A stretch of 64,000 nt of DNA from Botryllus schlosseri. Lineage: Eukaryota. Positions 35,069 through 44,827 of this stretch are shown here, in pieces. The stretch lies in NCBI GenBank assembly GCA_051294905.1, contig CM119379.1, forward strand, positions 4,774,001-4,838,000. The letters run 5' to 3'. Within the stretch, counting starts at the first letter, position 1; the number at the start of each line of letters is the position of its first letter. The position numbers were made by a program, and so were the translations under genes. Below the pieces are notes generated by a model. That model ran no database searches. It saw only the letters and a program-made list of their open reading frames with translations, and had not been told where the DNA came from.

Positions 35069-35274
35069 ATTTTGAGCTTGGGATTCGGAAGCATATAACC
35101 AACGCAAGAGGAGAGGAGAGATATCCAAAGCTCTTTGTTCCCATTCGAAATGGTAAGATTATAGAGAGAGAACGATACGATGACCAGTATGATTACTAGT
35201 TGCGCCAAAAACTGATAAAGGTTCCGACTAGACGATATCCTTCTTATCGACCCAGCTGTCGAATCCACTTCCAT
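35065..35274 (-). CDS. Small two-transmembrane protein, Pol-A
   Basis: Hydrophobic helices and LLSSCVGYMLPNP; syntenic with Pol-B1 18822-19037. Confidence 0.7.
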   Translation of the reverse strand: MEVDSTAGSIRRISSSRNLYQFLAQLVIILVIVSFSLYNLTISNGNKELWISLLSSCVGYMLPNPKLKI

Positions 35275-36226
35275 ATCCCAACCAGCGTACCAAATACTGT
35301 TCTCGTCCCGCGCGTTTACGCCTTCTTATAATCTTCTCGACACGCCAAGCTTGCGGTTCTTTTACGCGTTGGAGCTCCTCTCTATAAAATCTACCCTGGA
35401 TGACTTCACCACCGTAATCACGTAAGCGATACATTGGGGGATCCCCCTTTTGGGCGTCTGCGATATAGAAAATTTCCCGTTGCCAGTTGGGTAGGCTGCT
35501 TTTCTCAAAAAGATATCGAATTTTCGATATACGGACGGGTAATCCTACAGCGAGGTCGGGATGTTTAGCTTCTTGAAATCCGTAAAGTCTTCTCCAAACC
35601 GATTCCTGATTAGACGAATTCACTTGGTTGGGAGCCATAGCAATGCTACGATGGTATGTTCTGTTGTAGGAGTAAGTAAAGTCGTCAAGGACGTTCACGT
35701 AATTCCTCGTGTTATTTTTTGTGAAAAATCGATACATAATCGCTTTCATACTACGAATCACTCTTTCGACGACAGAGGATTTTAATTCGCTCCTCGTATA
35801 GAAATATCTAACTTTGTTCTCCTTTAGATAGTTCTGGAAAGCGCGATTGGTATATTCGCTACCTTGATCGGTTTGTAGCACTAACGGTACGCGTTCACGA
35901 AACACACGTTTGAAAGCAGAAATCATACTTGAAGCAGTTTTATTTTTAATCGCTATCATCCAAAGGTATTTGCTAAAAATATCAATCACGACCACAACAA
36001 AACGAAAACCGCTATTGTACTTTGAAATAGATTGCAGATCCATCAAATCGCTCTGAAACTGAGCATTGATACCGGAGACCACTACACGTTCACGCCTAAA
36101 TTTCTTACGTAACGGAAAATGAAAAGTATAAGTATCTTGTCCTTTAAGCCATTCTTTTTCCTTTTGCAAATAGGCGCCCCTATACGATTTGGGCTGTTTC
36201 GGATCAAAATAGTCTACGTCTCCCAT
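35228..36226 (-). CDS. DDE integrase with chromodomain, Pol-A (intact)
   Basis: QSDLMD, QTDQGSE, VERVIRS, YLVRWLGY; 332 aa uninterrupted. Confidence 0.95.
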   Translation of the reverse strand: MGDVDYFDPKQPKSYRGAYLQKEKEWLKGQDTYTFHFPLRKKFRRERVVVSGINAQFQSDLMDLQSISKYNSGFRFVVVVIDIFSKYLWMIAIKNKTASSMISAFKRVFRERVPLVLQTDQGSEYTNRAFQNYLKENKVRYFYTRSELKSSVVERVIRSMKAIMYRFFTKNNTRNYVNVLDDFTYSYNRTYHRSIAMAPNQVNSSNQESVWRRLYGFQEAKHPDLAVGLPVRISKIRYLFEKSSLPNWQREIFYIADAQKGDPPMYRLRDYGGEVIQGRFYREELQRVKEPQAWRVEKIIRRRKRAGREQYLVRWLGYGSGFDSWVDKKDIV

Positions 36227-36552
36227 TCTTTCCCGTATATACGGGGATTAGGCTTACGCTGTCTCTTATGAAGCCAGGGAAACGAAGGTTGTGGAATCCG
36301 ACGCGGGCGTTTCTTTTGCGGGCGCTTTTCTTTCGCTACGGGGCTCGCGAGCCCCGTGTGTGCGGCGGGAGGGCGGGCGGTCGCTGCGTCTACGTCTTTT
36401 CTCAAGTTTCTCAGTTGAGCAATACCATGCCTATACAGAGCTAGTTTCTCGGAAGCATTCAATGGAGAGCTTTTAATTTTCGATATATGTTTATCAAATT
36501 TCTTTTCCCATTCGTCCTTGCTTCGAAATGCGGGGAATTGTAGTTCACGCAT
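36214..36552 (-). CDS. Conserved Polinton hypothetical protein, Pol-A
   Basis: EKLALYR motif and synteny with Pol-B1 20080-20475. Confidence 0.65.
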   Translation of the reverse strand: MRELQFPAFRSKDEWEKKFDKHISKIKSSPLNASEKLALYRHGIAQLRNLRKDVDAATARPPAAHTGLASPVAKEKRPQKKRPRRIPQPSFPWLHKRQRKPNPRIYGKEWET

Positions 36553-36952
36553 TCTTCCCGAAAAGTTTACCCAACAGACTCCCGATGACGGGGATTGCAG
36601 CGCCTAATATAGCTAAAACAGACTAGTTAGAAAAAAGTTGCTATTTTATCATAATCTTTATACCTGAGAGGAATCCACCTTTTTGTAGCACCCTCCGTTG
36701 ACCTCTGCGAGTTTTTTGCGCCAGCAATTGTCTGATATCGGATTTGTGTTTTCCAAGCCTCAACTTTCTCGACGGGGAGATACGTACTGTCCCCGAAGCC
36801 AAGTTATGAACGCACTGGCAGACGCATTTTAAAAATTGATTGTTCGATAAAAGTTCTTTTCGCTGTTTCCCTTTAGCGTTTTTCAAAAGTTTTAATTTAA
36901 CGTGATAGTCGCTCAATCGTTTTCGAGATATGTTGCTTCCCCTCTTCGACAT
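36545..36952 (-). CDS. Basic core (pVII-like) precursor, Pol-A; two exons (36952-36664, 36612-36545)
   Basis: Removing a 51-nt GT-AG intron (36663-36613; contains a stop and CTAAC) gives ...QKGGFLSAILGAAIPVIGSLLGKLFGKNA*, matching the Pol-B1 homolog's C-terminus. Confidence 0.78.
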
Positions 36953-36987
36953 GTTGAATGCCCTAAAATCTGCAGCGCGAGCTGTAT

Positions 36988-37605
36988 TTATTCTTGATAT
37001 ACCGTCAACTTTTGATATGGGAATATTTTGCTGCGAAGACGATAATTTTCGTCTGTCTCTTGCGTCACGTCAACCAGTATGTACGAGAACGGTTTTCGAG
37101 TTGCCTTTTTATAAGCCTCCGTAAGGAATCCGGCTTTATCCGGGAACATTTGACGTGAAAGAAAACTGATTTGACTCGCATCACGGGGATTTTTAAATAT
37201 CACGATATAGCTCGCACTCAGGGTCATATCCCGAAAGCCTTGGCCCCTATAGAATAAGTTTTGACATATGAACACGACACTGATCTTTGCGTGATGGCTG
37301 TATCGAGTGAATAGATCTCTGGCCTCTTTCGCTTCCGTCATCATGTCGTCGATCACCAAGAGAACGTGTCTATTTCATTTCTGTAACTTTTTGAGCTCGG
37401 AGAGCCCTTGCGAAAATTCTACCCCTTTCATTTTATCGTACAACGCCTGATAATTATTATACAACCATACGATTTTTTCAGGAGCCGGTCTAATCATCTT
37501 CTCTGCGTTCTTCACCAACTCATAAGTAAAATAACTCTTCCCGCTACTGCTCGGACCAGCCACGATCATCCGAAACGGAGCATGCAATGTACGTATTCGA
37601 TCCAT
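36988..37605 (-). pseudogene. Packaging ATPase, Pol-A (one in-frame TGA)
   Basis: GPSSSGKS, then LQK*NRHVLLVIDD, RYSHH, VIFKNPRD; TGA at 37377-37375. Confidence 0.9.
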
Positions 37606-37608
37606 TTA

Positions 37609-40600
37609 TTACAGAGATAAAGGCAATGTATGAATTCCATCATTAAGCACAATCCTTTTATAATAACCATAACTCAAAGCACTTCGATATTGCTTATACG
37701 TAAACATATCGCTCCCATAGCAACGAAAACCGCTATTGACGCCACCCGTGATCGATCTATTTTGAAGAATGCCTTTGAAATCTTTGAAAGTTTTGTTGGC
37801 CGTTTTTTGAAGCCCTTTCGAGTTGTACTTATCGGTGTCGCCTTTGCAATAATAGGTCTTGGAATTCAGGCCTATAAATCCATGACCGACCCATTCCTCT
37901 TTGAATAAACCAGGTATACGTTTCGAGTAATTGCGAACCTCAATGCAGCAAGCTTTATCAGTTTTAAAACCAACGGGATCTCGTTCAAAATCGCATTTAT
38001 GCTCTGCACATGCGCGAGCCACGAACCATTTGTCGTGATTTTCAAAAAATTGTTTTTTCATGGAAGGCTTGATGAGAGAATAGATCGTATCGGAGCTTAA
38101 GCTTATGTACGCCGAATCAGTATCTGTTTCGAGGAAAGCCCAATCGCTATCGTCCAAATACACATGCAGACAGTCATATAGGAACTGGAGCATTCTCAGC
38201 TTGGCACAGCAGAATATAAAGAAGCCCACAAAGATTGGGTTTTCGTGACAAATGTTTAGCGGACGCGTAGCTACTTCGAGCAAGCCTTCATCGCTCTTAT
38301 CAATTTCAACAGCATCGACAAAAATTTTTTTTTCAACGCGCGATGGTAATTCTTCCGACGTAACGTATTCGTGTTCCCTATATTTATTAGGGTTTTGAAT
38401 AGTACGGCCGAAAGCACTATTTCCAATCGTCTTCCAGGTCAACGCCTCCATTTCACGGGCCGGATCTTTCGGGAGGACATCGCCTTTGCTACGCTCAGAG
38501 GATACCCGCTCAACGAAGGGTGTGAAAACTTGTTTTGGTTCATATTCGACAGCTTGGAATACGCGAGTCACGATCATGCCACTTTTCAAGTACCACTGAA
38601 GCAAATCCGTATTAAACAACTGTTTTTTCGTGAAATAACTAGAGCCCAGAAATTTTTTTGGAAACTTAATATTGTTTTCCTTGGCGTATTCACGCATATG
38701 TTCACCGATATCGCACTCGTTTACTTCCATATGTTTGAAAAAAGGAGGTAACTCTTCGAATTTCGATTTTAAATGGTCGGGACAATGAATGTCACACTCG
38801 ATTGCACCGAAAAATGACCCGTCTAGCGTGCGCTTGAGCAACTGCGCTTCAGTGAGATAATAAGCTTTCGTGACTTTACGCTCGAACTTTGAGACAAATT
38901 GCGCAATTTCGGGGTCTCGTTTCATATTCGTCCAAACGCACTCCTTCATTCGGATAACGGTATATCCCAATTTTTCCAAATACTCCGTGTTTTGTTTGGT
39001 GAGCTCACGCCTCTCGGCGTTCTCTTTATCAGGGAAGCAGCTCCTACAAGCGTGGTAATAGCACCCATCGTACTGAAAGATGAGTTTACCGGCGCTCCCG
39101 TCGATAAATAGGCGTTTATTTCCGATTCTCACTTGACTACCGTTCCAAGCGTGCTGAATTTTGATGTCACGAACGTGACTTTCGTATTCCAACCATTCAC
39201 GCTCCGCATGAGTAGGCCAAACGCGCTGTTCATGGAATTTTTGCTTTTCCTCATCAAAAATCCACCTTATAGGATAACCCGTTGGCATATTTTGATTTAT
39301 GCATCCCAAATACAAGGCATTTGCGTCATATCCTACTACTTTCTTGACGGTTTTAGCACTGTCACCGTAGCGAAGACTGCGTATTTTCGTTTCATCTGCC
39401 ATAGCGTATCGTGACGTAATCTGTGACAAACCTCCTATCAAGTTGTTCAGAATCGTTTCGTGAAGGTCAGCATTGGCCTTATTCAGAAGAGTGATTTCAT
39501 AGCAATCACGAAACATCAGTCTACTTGCTATATTCGGAAGGCTCACGTTACCCTTGAACATATCGATACCAAGCGTTTTGTAAAATTCGAAATTGTTATT
39601 CAGCGCAGTTAAGAAGCCAATGACGTCACCTTCGTTGTAATATCGGAGAAAATCACGGAATGTGGTCATACCCTCGCGTTCCCATACAGCGACGCATTCT
39701 GCGTATTGCTCTTCCGTTATATTCGAATTGCGGAACGCGTTGTAAAACGATTCATGACTCGGTAGCGACGTTTCGTCGAGGCGTTCGATGCTATCAGGAT
39801 ATTCGTTGGGGAAATAAAATTTTGCGTTCACCCCATCCCCGTACAGCTTCATGTAAGCATCCAAACTATAACCTGGACTCAGGAATAGCGAAATGTCCAG
39901 AAATTTTAATCTGTGCGTTGCGATTGTCAAATAGGCGCTGTTCCTTTTCAAAACGAAGAATCCGCTTTCCTTGTGCAAGGATTTGATTAAATATTTCTTG
40001 CATAAATTCAGATCGTAGCGCGAAGAATTGAAACCGATTATGGGTATCTGATCAAGCCACGTATGAAAGCGATGTGAAATATTATCCAAATAGGATCTTC
40101 TATTGGTAGGATCGATCAATTTCCGTTCTTCAATCAAATTCTCAAGTTCGATTATTTCGCTAGCGTAAGATTCTCGCATTTCGGCTGAGGCGAGTTCCTG
40201 TACGCGATAAATTTCCCCAATCATTTCATCGACCAACGTCTGCGGGCAACCCTCGGATATGAAAGTTTTAGTTTCATTCGTTACGTTATTTGATAAGGAT
40301 ACGGAGACGGGGACGTGCCGATTAACGTATTCCACTTTTGCAGAATTAGCTCTGAGCTCATCCTTCACGAGCATGGATTCAAAGTCAACACATACGGTAC
40401 GGGAAGAATCTCTTTTGTTCCTCAACGAAAATGCCTTCGGATTCCAATTGTTCGAATACGGTGGGTTTCGGTCGATATACGCCGCTAGCATATTTCCGAG
40501 TCTGGGACGTTGTGCATTTTTGTTTTATATGCTGCATCATATTGTCCTTAGTCTTGAAGAAAAACTTGCACAATTCACAAAAGAATGTCTCGGAATAATT

Positions 40601-41485
40601 TTCGATATTTGTAATCAGGCAAGAATGACCACTTTCCATGTGTATATGAACCACTGGTCCATCCGCTTCAGACTGTCGCAATAAAAATGGTTGATGATCG
40701 CGTTTTTCGTAAACAAGTATCTTTACGTGAAAACATTCCTCGACTTTGCTTAGTTCATCGAGTGGTACACCATCATCTATAGGGATACGATATCGTTCAC
40801 GGAATTGAGATGCCAATAGTGCGACGTGCTTCTCGTCTCGTTTTTTCTTGATGAAATGGGATAAGCGTCGAAAGAGGCATAGCGAATCGTTAATCGGTCC
40901 TCCTTGTCTATTTCGAATGAACGCTCTAATATGACGACATTTTGTTACCTCCTTAGATATCGATGCGGTGGGGCAGCCCAATAAAACTCGTGGCATTTCG
41001 TACAAGAAAAATTGGATATGTAATATAGCAACGCAGTAAAACTTAGTGTCCGGTCTTGCTTGTCTCGCCTGCTCGTAAGCAGCTGATAAATCGATTTCGT
41101 TGATAAAACGATCAAAGTCCTCCCGTGAAAGTATAAGTGTCGGTAGATCCAAAACAGCATGGGTTGATTGAGGATGAAAATAGCTATGTCTTTCCGTCTC
41201 TCGATTATACAGCAGGAAACCATATGCATAGTTCACTTTGAATTGACGCAATCTTCTCGGGTATATCGATGACATGCGTGCATGAATATCATTCATACCT
41301 CTCCCGATCAGACGTACATTGATCGCCTCTCTTGCACCCCTTGCAACCCTCCTGCTGTTAATCCATTCGGAATCGATAATCGAGTTGGAGTGCGATTGCA
41401 AAACCTCTGTTGCGTCGTTATCAAAACCGAGCGATTCATCGATGATGAAGCTAGCATCTTCCTCGTAGCGTCTTCGACGAGCCAT
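37609..41485 (-). pseudogene. pPolB with fused TP-like, vOTU-like, Zn-finger and VSR-like domains, Pol-A (one frameshift near 40390)
   Basis: DFESM, GFNSSRYD, GYDANALY, KTIGNSAFG, ETDTDS; DSLCLF...GH; CELC...H..C; QYDGCYYH; YRMC/VDFES junction shifts frame. Confidence 0.95.
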
Positions 41486-41518
41486 ATATTTTTAAGTATA
41501 TTCTGCAAAAATACACAT

Positions 41519-42091
41519 TCACAAATTTATTCCATATTTCAAACGCAATTTACACTTGAAAGCTTCATAAAGAAATAGAAATTTGATATTTTCTAAGTTA
41601 CGCAGTTCATTGGCATCGGGACCAAATTTATCGATATCTTTAAGCACATTTTTTGCAATAACGAGAAAATCTTTTTGCCATTCCCCATATCCTTCCAATG
41701 AGACCATTTTTCGCCAAGTAGCAACTCTCTTGATATCATCATCAATAAAACCTTCAAAGGTAGCGGTCGTGGCGTCTCGCGTACGTCTTGTGTCTCCGGA
41801 ACCGTATTGTTGTAACAACATATTTAGATCTTTACCACAATTAAAAGGTTCCATATTAATCTGAGAAAACAAATCAAATATACCAGTCATTGTACTGTCG
41901 TTTGATCTCATCGAATTTGATGTAAAATTCACGTGCATGCACACTGCCTCATCAATAATTGTCACGTCAACATCACTAGCCTCGTCCTCTTTACTCTTTT
42001 CAGCTGCAATCGTAACTTCGATCAATTCTACCTCAACATCGGAATCGAAAACACCAATCGGTAATGTATCTGCTTGATTATCAGGAATCAT
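41519..42091 (-). CDS. Hypothetical acidic protein (190 aa), Pol-A cargo
   Basis: Intact ORF downstream of a TATA box; no motif recognised. Confidence 0.6.
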   Translation of the reverse strand: MIPDNQADTLPIGVFDSDVEVELIEVTIAAEKSKEDEASDVDVTIIDEAVCMHVNFTSNSMRSNDSTMTGIFDLFSQINMEPFNCGKDLNMLLQQYGSGDTRRTRDATTATFEGFIDDDIKRVATWRKMVSLEGYGEWQKDFLVIAKNVLKDIDKFGPDANELRNLENIKFLFLYEAFKCKLRLKYGINL

Positions 42092-42176
42092 AGTTGTTCA
42101 TTTGCTAACTACGTCGCTTGCATTCTCTATTGTCGACATCCTTTTTGTGGTATAGTTTAGTTCGGATTCGAGCCTC

Positions 42177-42407
42177 TTTTATATAGTGAACCACATGCGC
42201 TTGACATGCGGAGAGCGCGTGATTGTACTCGTGGCATTCTTACTAGCATTCTAATTAATGATAACACGTACCAGGAACGGATATGAGCTACGTGTCCTTT
42301 TCTGTGAGCGGGCGACGTTCTAATTTCCGTGATACGACCTCGGGGCCTATCATTCGATCGGTACCAAGCACATATTCCAATGGTGCATAGGTCAATATCT
42401 ATATAAA
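42177..42407. promoter_or_regulatory. Divergent promoter region with two outward-facing TATA boxes, Pol-A
   Basis: TATATAAAA on minus (42185-42177) and TATATAAA on plus (42400-42407), between head-to-head ORFs. Confidence 0.55.
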
Positions 42408-42444
42408 GCATACTGATCATGAGAGTATATCAATTCGGATAGCA

Positions 42445-43026
42445 ATGTCGAACATTGATCAAAGCGATTCGCTACCTAAGCGTAGTGTGGATCCTACAAA
42501 TTACGCTACATTCAACTGCGCTTGCATCGGTACCACAAGTAGCATAGAAATACGCGAAGATGAAACTCGGACGGGTCCCATTGAACAGAACCAAGCTATG
42601 ATAAATTACAGAGGGGAACAGATTTATGAATGCTATGCGAAGCATAGAGATGTAACTGTCTCCCCGTTGAATGATCCCGTTTTCTATAACATGATACGCT
42701 ATGCTCGTAGACTAAGCACATTTATGCGGTGGCCGGATAATATCAATACCTCCGGAGCCGAGCTCGCAGACTGCGGATTGTTCTATTTGGGCTATAAAGA
42801 TCATTTAAAGTGTTTCTCGTGTGGCGGGCTGTTTCAAAATTGGTTGCCGTGCGATGACCCCTGGCTCGAGCATGCAAAGTTTTATCCTTCGTGTCCTTTT
42901 CTTATAAAGCGCAAGGGGTTGCCATATATTCGTAATGTCTGTTATGCGACACCTAATATAAGAAGAGGCTCGACTAAATTTGATGGCGAGGTGGAATTGC
43001 GTGATGACTGTTGTACTTATGTTTGA
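42445..43026 (+). CDS. Single-BIR inhibitor-of-apoptosis (IAP)-like protein, Pol-A cargo
   Basis: RLSTF..WP...LADCGLFY.G..D.LKCFSCGG.F.NW...DDPW.EHAKFYPSC: full BIR with CxxC...H...C zinc ligands; no RING. Confidence 0.93.
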   Translation: MSNIDQSDSLPKRSVDPTNYATFNCACIGTTSSIEIREDETRTGPIEQNQAMINYRGEQIYECYAKHRDVTVSPLNDPVFYNMIRYARRLSTFMRWPDNINTSGAELADCGLFYLGYKDHLKCFSCGGLFQNWLPCDDPWLEHAKFYPSCPFLIKRKGLPYIRNVCYATPNIRRGSTKFDGEVELRDDCCTYV

Positions 43027-43525
43027 TATTTCTTTTCAAAGAATGAGTCTAGCAATCCGTGGAGATACTATTCTGCCCCAGGGGCCCTATAGAAAAGACT
43101 TGTATCTTTTTAATGACATCACAAAATTACGTATCGAAGCCTCGAATGGAGCAGAATTGACCTCGGATCAACTCTTTGTACATTCCACAAGCGGGACCAT
43201 TCAGAAATATCGAGCCACTCTGAAGCATGAAGGAGGTTTGGTCGTTACGTATACTCGAGACGGGATCGAACATTATCAACCTCTGAATCCGGCTGACGAA
43301 TTCGTCATCTATTCGCCCAGTGTAGTTGTTCCTAATCCCGACCTTCCGCTCGTGTCGTATATACTACAAGCCAGTGATCGATACATCAAACAAAACGGTC
43401 AGATCGAACGCGAGAACTCGGATCGCAGCGTCGGATGGCAGCAAAGCGGTGTACCTCGAAACATCAACCGATCTGGAGGATTTCAACACGCGAATCGACG
43501 CAATGACGATCAACGATATCATTGA
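42980..43525 (+). CDS. Hypothetical protein, Pol-A cargo (likely start 43043)
   Basis: Open 181-aa frame followed by AATAAA; no motif recognised. Confidence 0.55.
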   Translation: MMARWNCVMTVVLMFDISFQRMSLAIRGDTILPQGPYRKDLYLFNDITKLRIEASNGAELTSDQLFVHSTSGTIQKYRATLKHEGGLVVTYTRDGIEHYQPLNPADEFVIYSPSVVVPNPDLPLVSYILQASDRYIKQNGQIERENSDRSVGWQQSGVPRNINRSGGFQHANRRNDDQRYH

Positions 43526-43759
43526 CATGCTCTTTTTTGAAATAAAATGAACTCCTACACTATACAATGCTATTTCAATGAGACCGAGTAAAGTGTTAGG
43601 AGACAAGAAAAGCGCTGAATCGTATGAAATGAGGTGACTACAGGGTTCGAACCTACAACCTAGATCAAGATAGTTGGCTGATTCCTCTGTGATGACGTTA
43701 TGAATGACGCGAGAATTCATATTCTCAAAAACAGCTCAGTACGCATAATCATGATGATA

Positions 43760-43977
43760 TAGCAATGGGCGTTATATAGGCGGACGATGGGGCAATGGGC
43801 GTGGCTGATGATGTGGCAATGGGCGGATGATGTGGCAATGGGTGTGCTATAGGTGTGGCAGGTGACGTGGCAATGGGCGTCCTGTAGGCGTGGCAATGGG
43901 GGTCATATAGGCGTGGCAATTAGGGCGACGTGGCGAAATTTGATTGGGCGGCGCCAATTTCAGGTACCCTCACTACT
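43760..43977 (-). repeat. Pol-A right TIR
   Basis: Array of GTGGCAATGGG units ending in GGTACCCTCACTACT. Confidence 0.85.
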
Positions 43978-44086
43978 AACGTCACGGGGACTTTGGATAT
44001 TGGTTGAAATTAGATGACAAGGGTGCGATAGTTCGATGGCAGACAAAGGTTGAAAAAATGCAAATAATAACAGATGGAAATACTAC

Positions 44087-44254
44087 CTTCTTTTGTTGAC
44101 AGGCTTCTGCCATATCTCTGAAGTCATTCTTCTCCTCAACATAAAACATTGCATGGATATTGAACACAACGGATACTTGCCCCCCGCACTTCAACATTCT
44201 GCTATTTTCATCAGCGTATGTCTTGCCGTTCACGGCAATATCCAGACGTTCGTC
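44087..44254 (-). CDS. Candidate isolated 168-nt exon of an unidentified gene flanking Pol-A
   Basis: CTCTCTTTCTCATTTAAG acceptor, GTAGTA donor, open phase-0 frame DERLDIAVNGKTY...ACQQKK. Confidence 0.4.
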
Positions 44255-44827
44255 CTTAAATGAGAAAGAGAGATGTTAATCGATGTCAATAGAAAGTACG
44301 AAATCATTACTGAAACAGTAGCCCTAAGGCAGTGCTTTTCAATCTGTGTGACGGTTCGCACTTGTGCGAATGAAAAAAATTGCAGTGCGAATGAGGAAGG
44401 TGGTGCGAATGGTGAGAATGACAAACCCGAATGAGTGCGAATGAAAATCGTGAATAATTGTTAAGTTTTTTTGTCGTGGAATAATTCAAATAAACCTAAT
44501 AGGAAATGCAAGGGCAGTGTAACGGTTGCAATTGAGACGCAATTATAAAAATTTGTTCAACTTTCGACGTACAACTAATAGTAGCTCTCACAACCGTAGC
44601 GAATTCATATCTTCGCATTATAATTATTACGTAACCAAAAGTCTGGTTGGAAAGCTGGTGTAGTGGCGTACATACAGTATATCAGCCCATCTGAGCCTGC
44701 GACAGGCTGGGAAAATGACGTCAAATTGATTTCCTGCTTTCTTTCGCTAAACAATCATCATATTTTCGTAATAACTGTTCGATTAGCGCGAGGCACGAGG
44801 ATAGTTGTAAATACCATCATTACAGAC

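Larger units (their letters stand above)
12160..43977 (-). mobile_element. Pol-A: full-length Polinton/Maverick (about 16.6 kb once nested Pol-B1 is removed)
   Basis: Termini AGTAGTGAGGGTACCTG...CAGGTACCCTCACTACT; TSD AACGTG (12154-12159) / AACGTC (43978-43983), 5 of 6 matching; internal PRO, MCP, penton, INT, ATPase and pPolB genes. Confidence 0.93.

Noticed and set aside
38371-39986. Plus-strand ORFs antisense to pPolB, MCP and INT (and similar ones throughout)
   Set aside because: Shadow ORFs of long coding sequences; no motifs and not conserved between families.
40385-40400. Programmed ribosomal frameshift joining the two Pol-A pPolB ORFs
   Set aside because: No slippery heptamer; the B-family pPolB is continuous here, so a small indel is the simpler explanation.
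12160-43977. Prophage or bacterial origin suggested by overlapping compact genes
   Set aside because: Chromodomain integrase, adenain, BIR, TATA/AATAAA signals, GT-AG introns and surrounding hAT elements indicate a eukaryotic Polinton.
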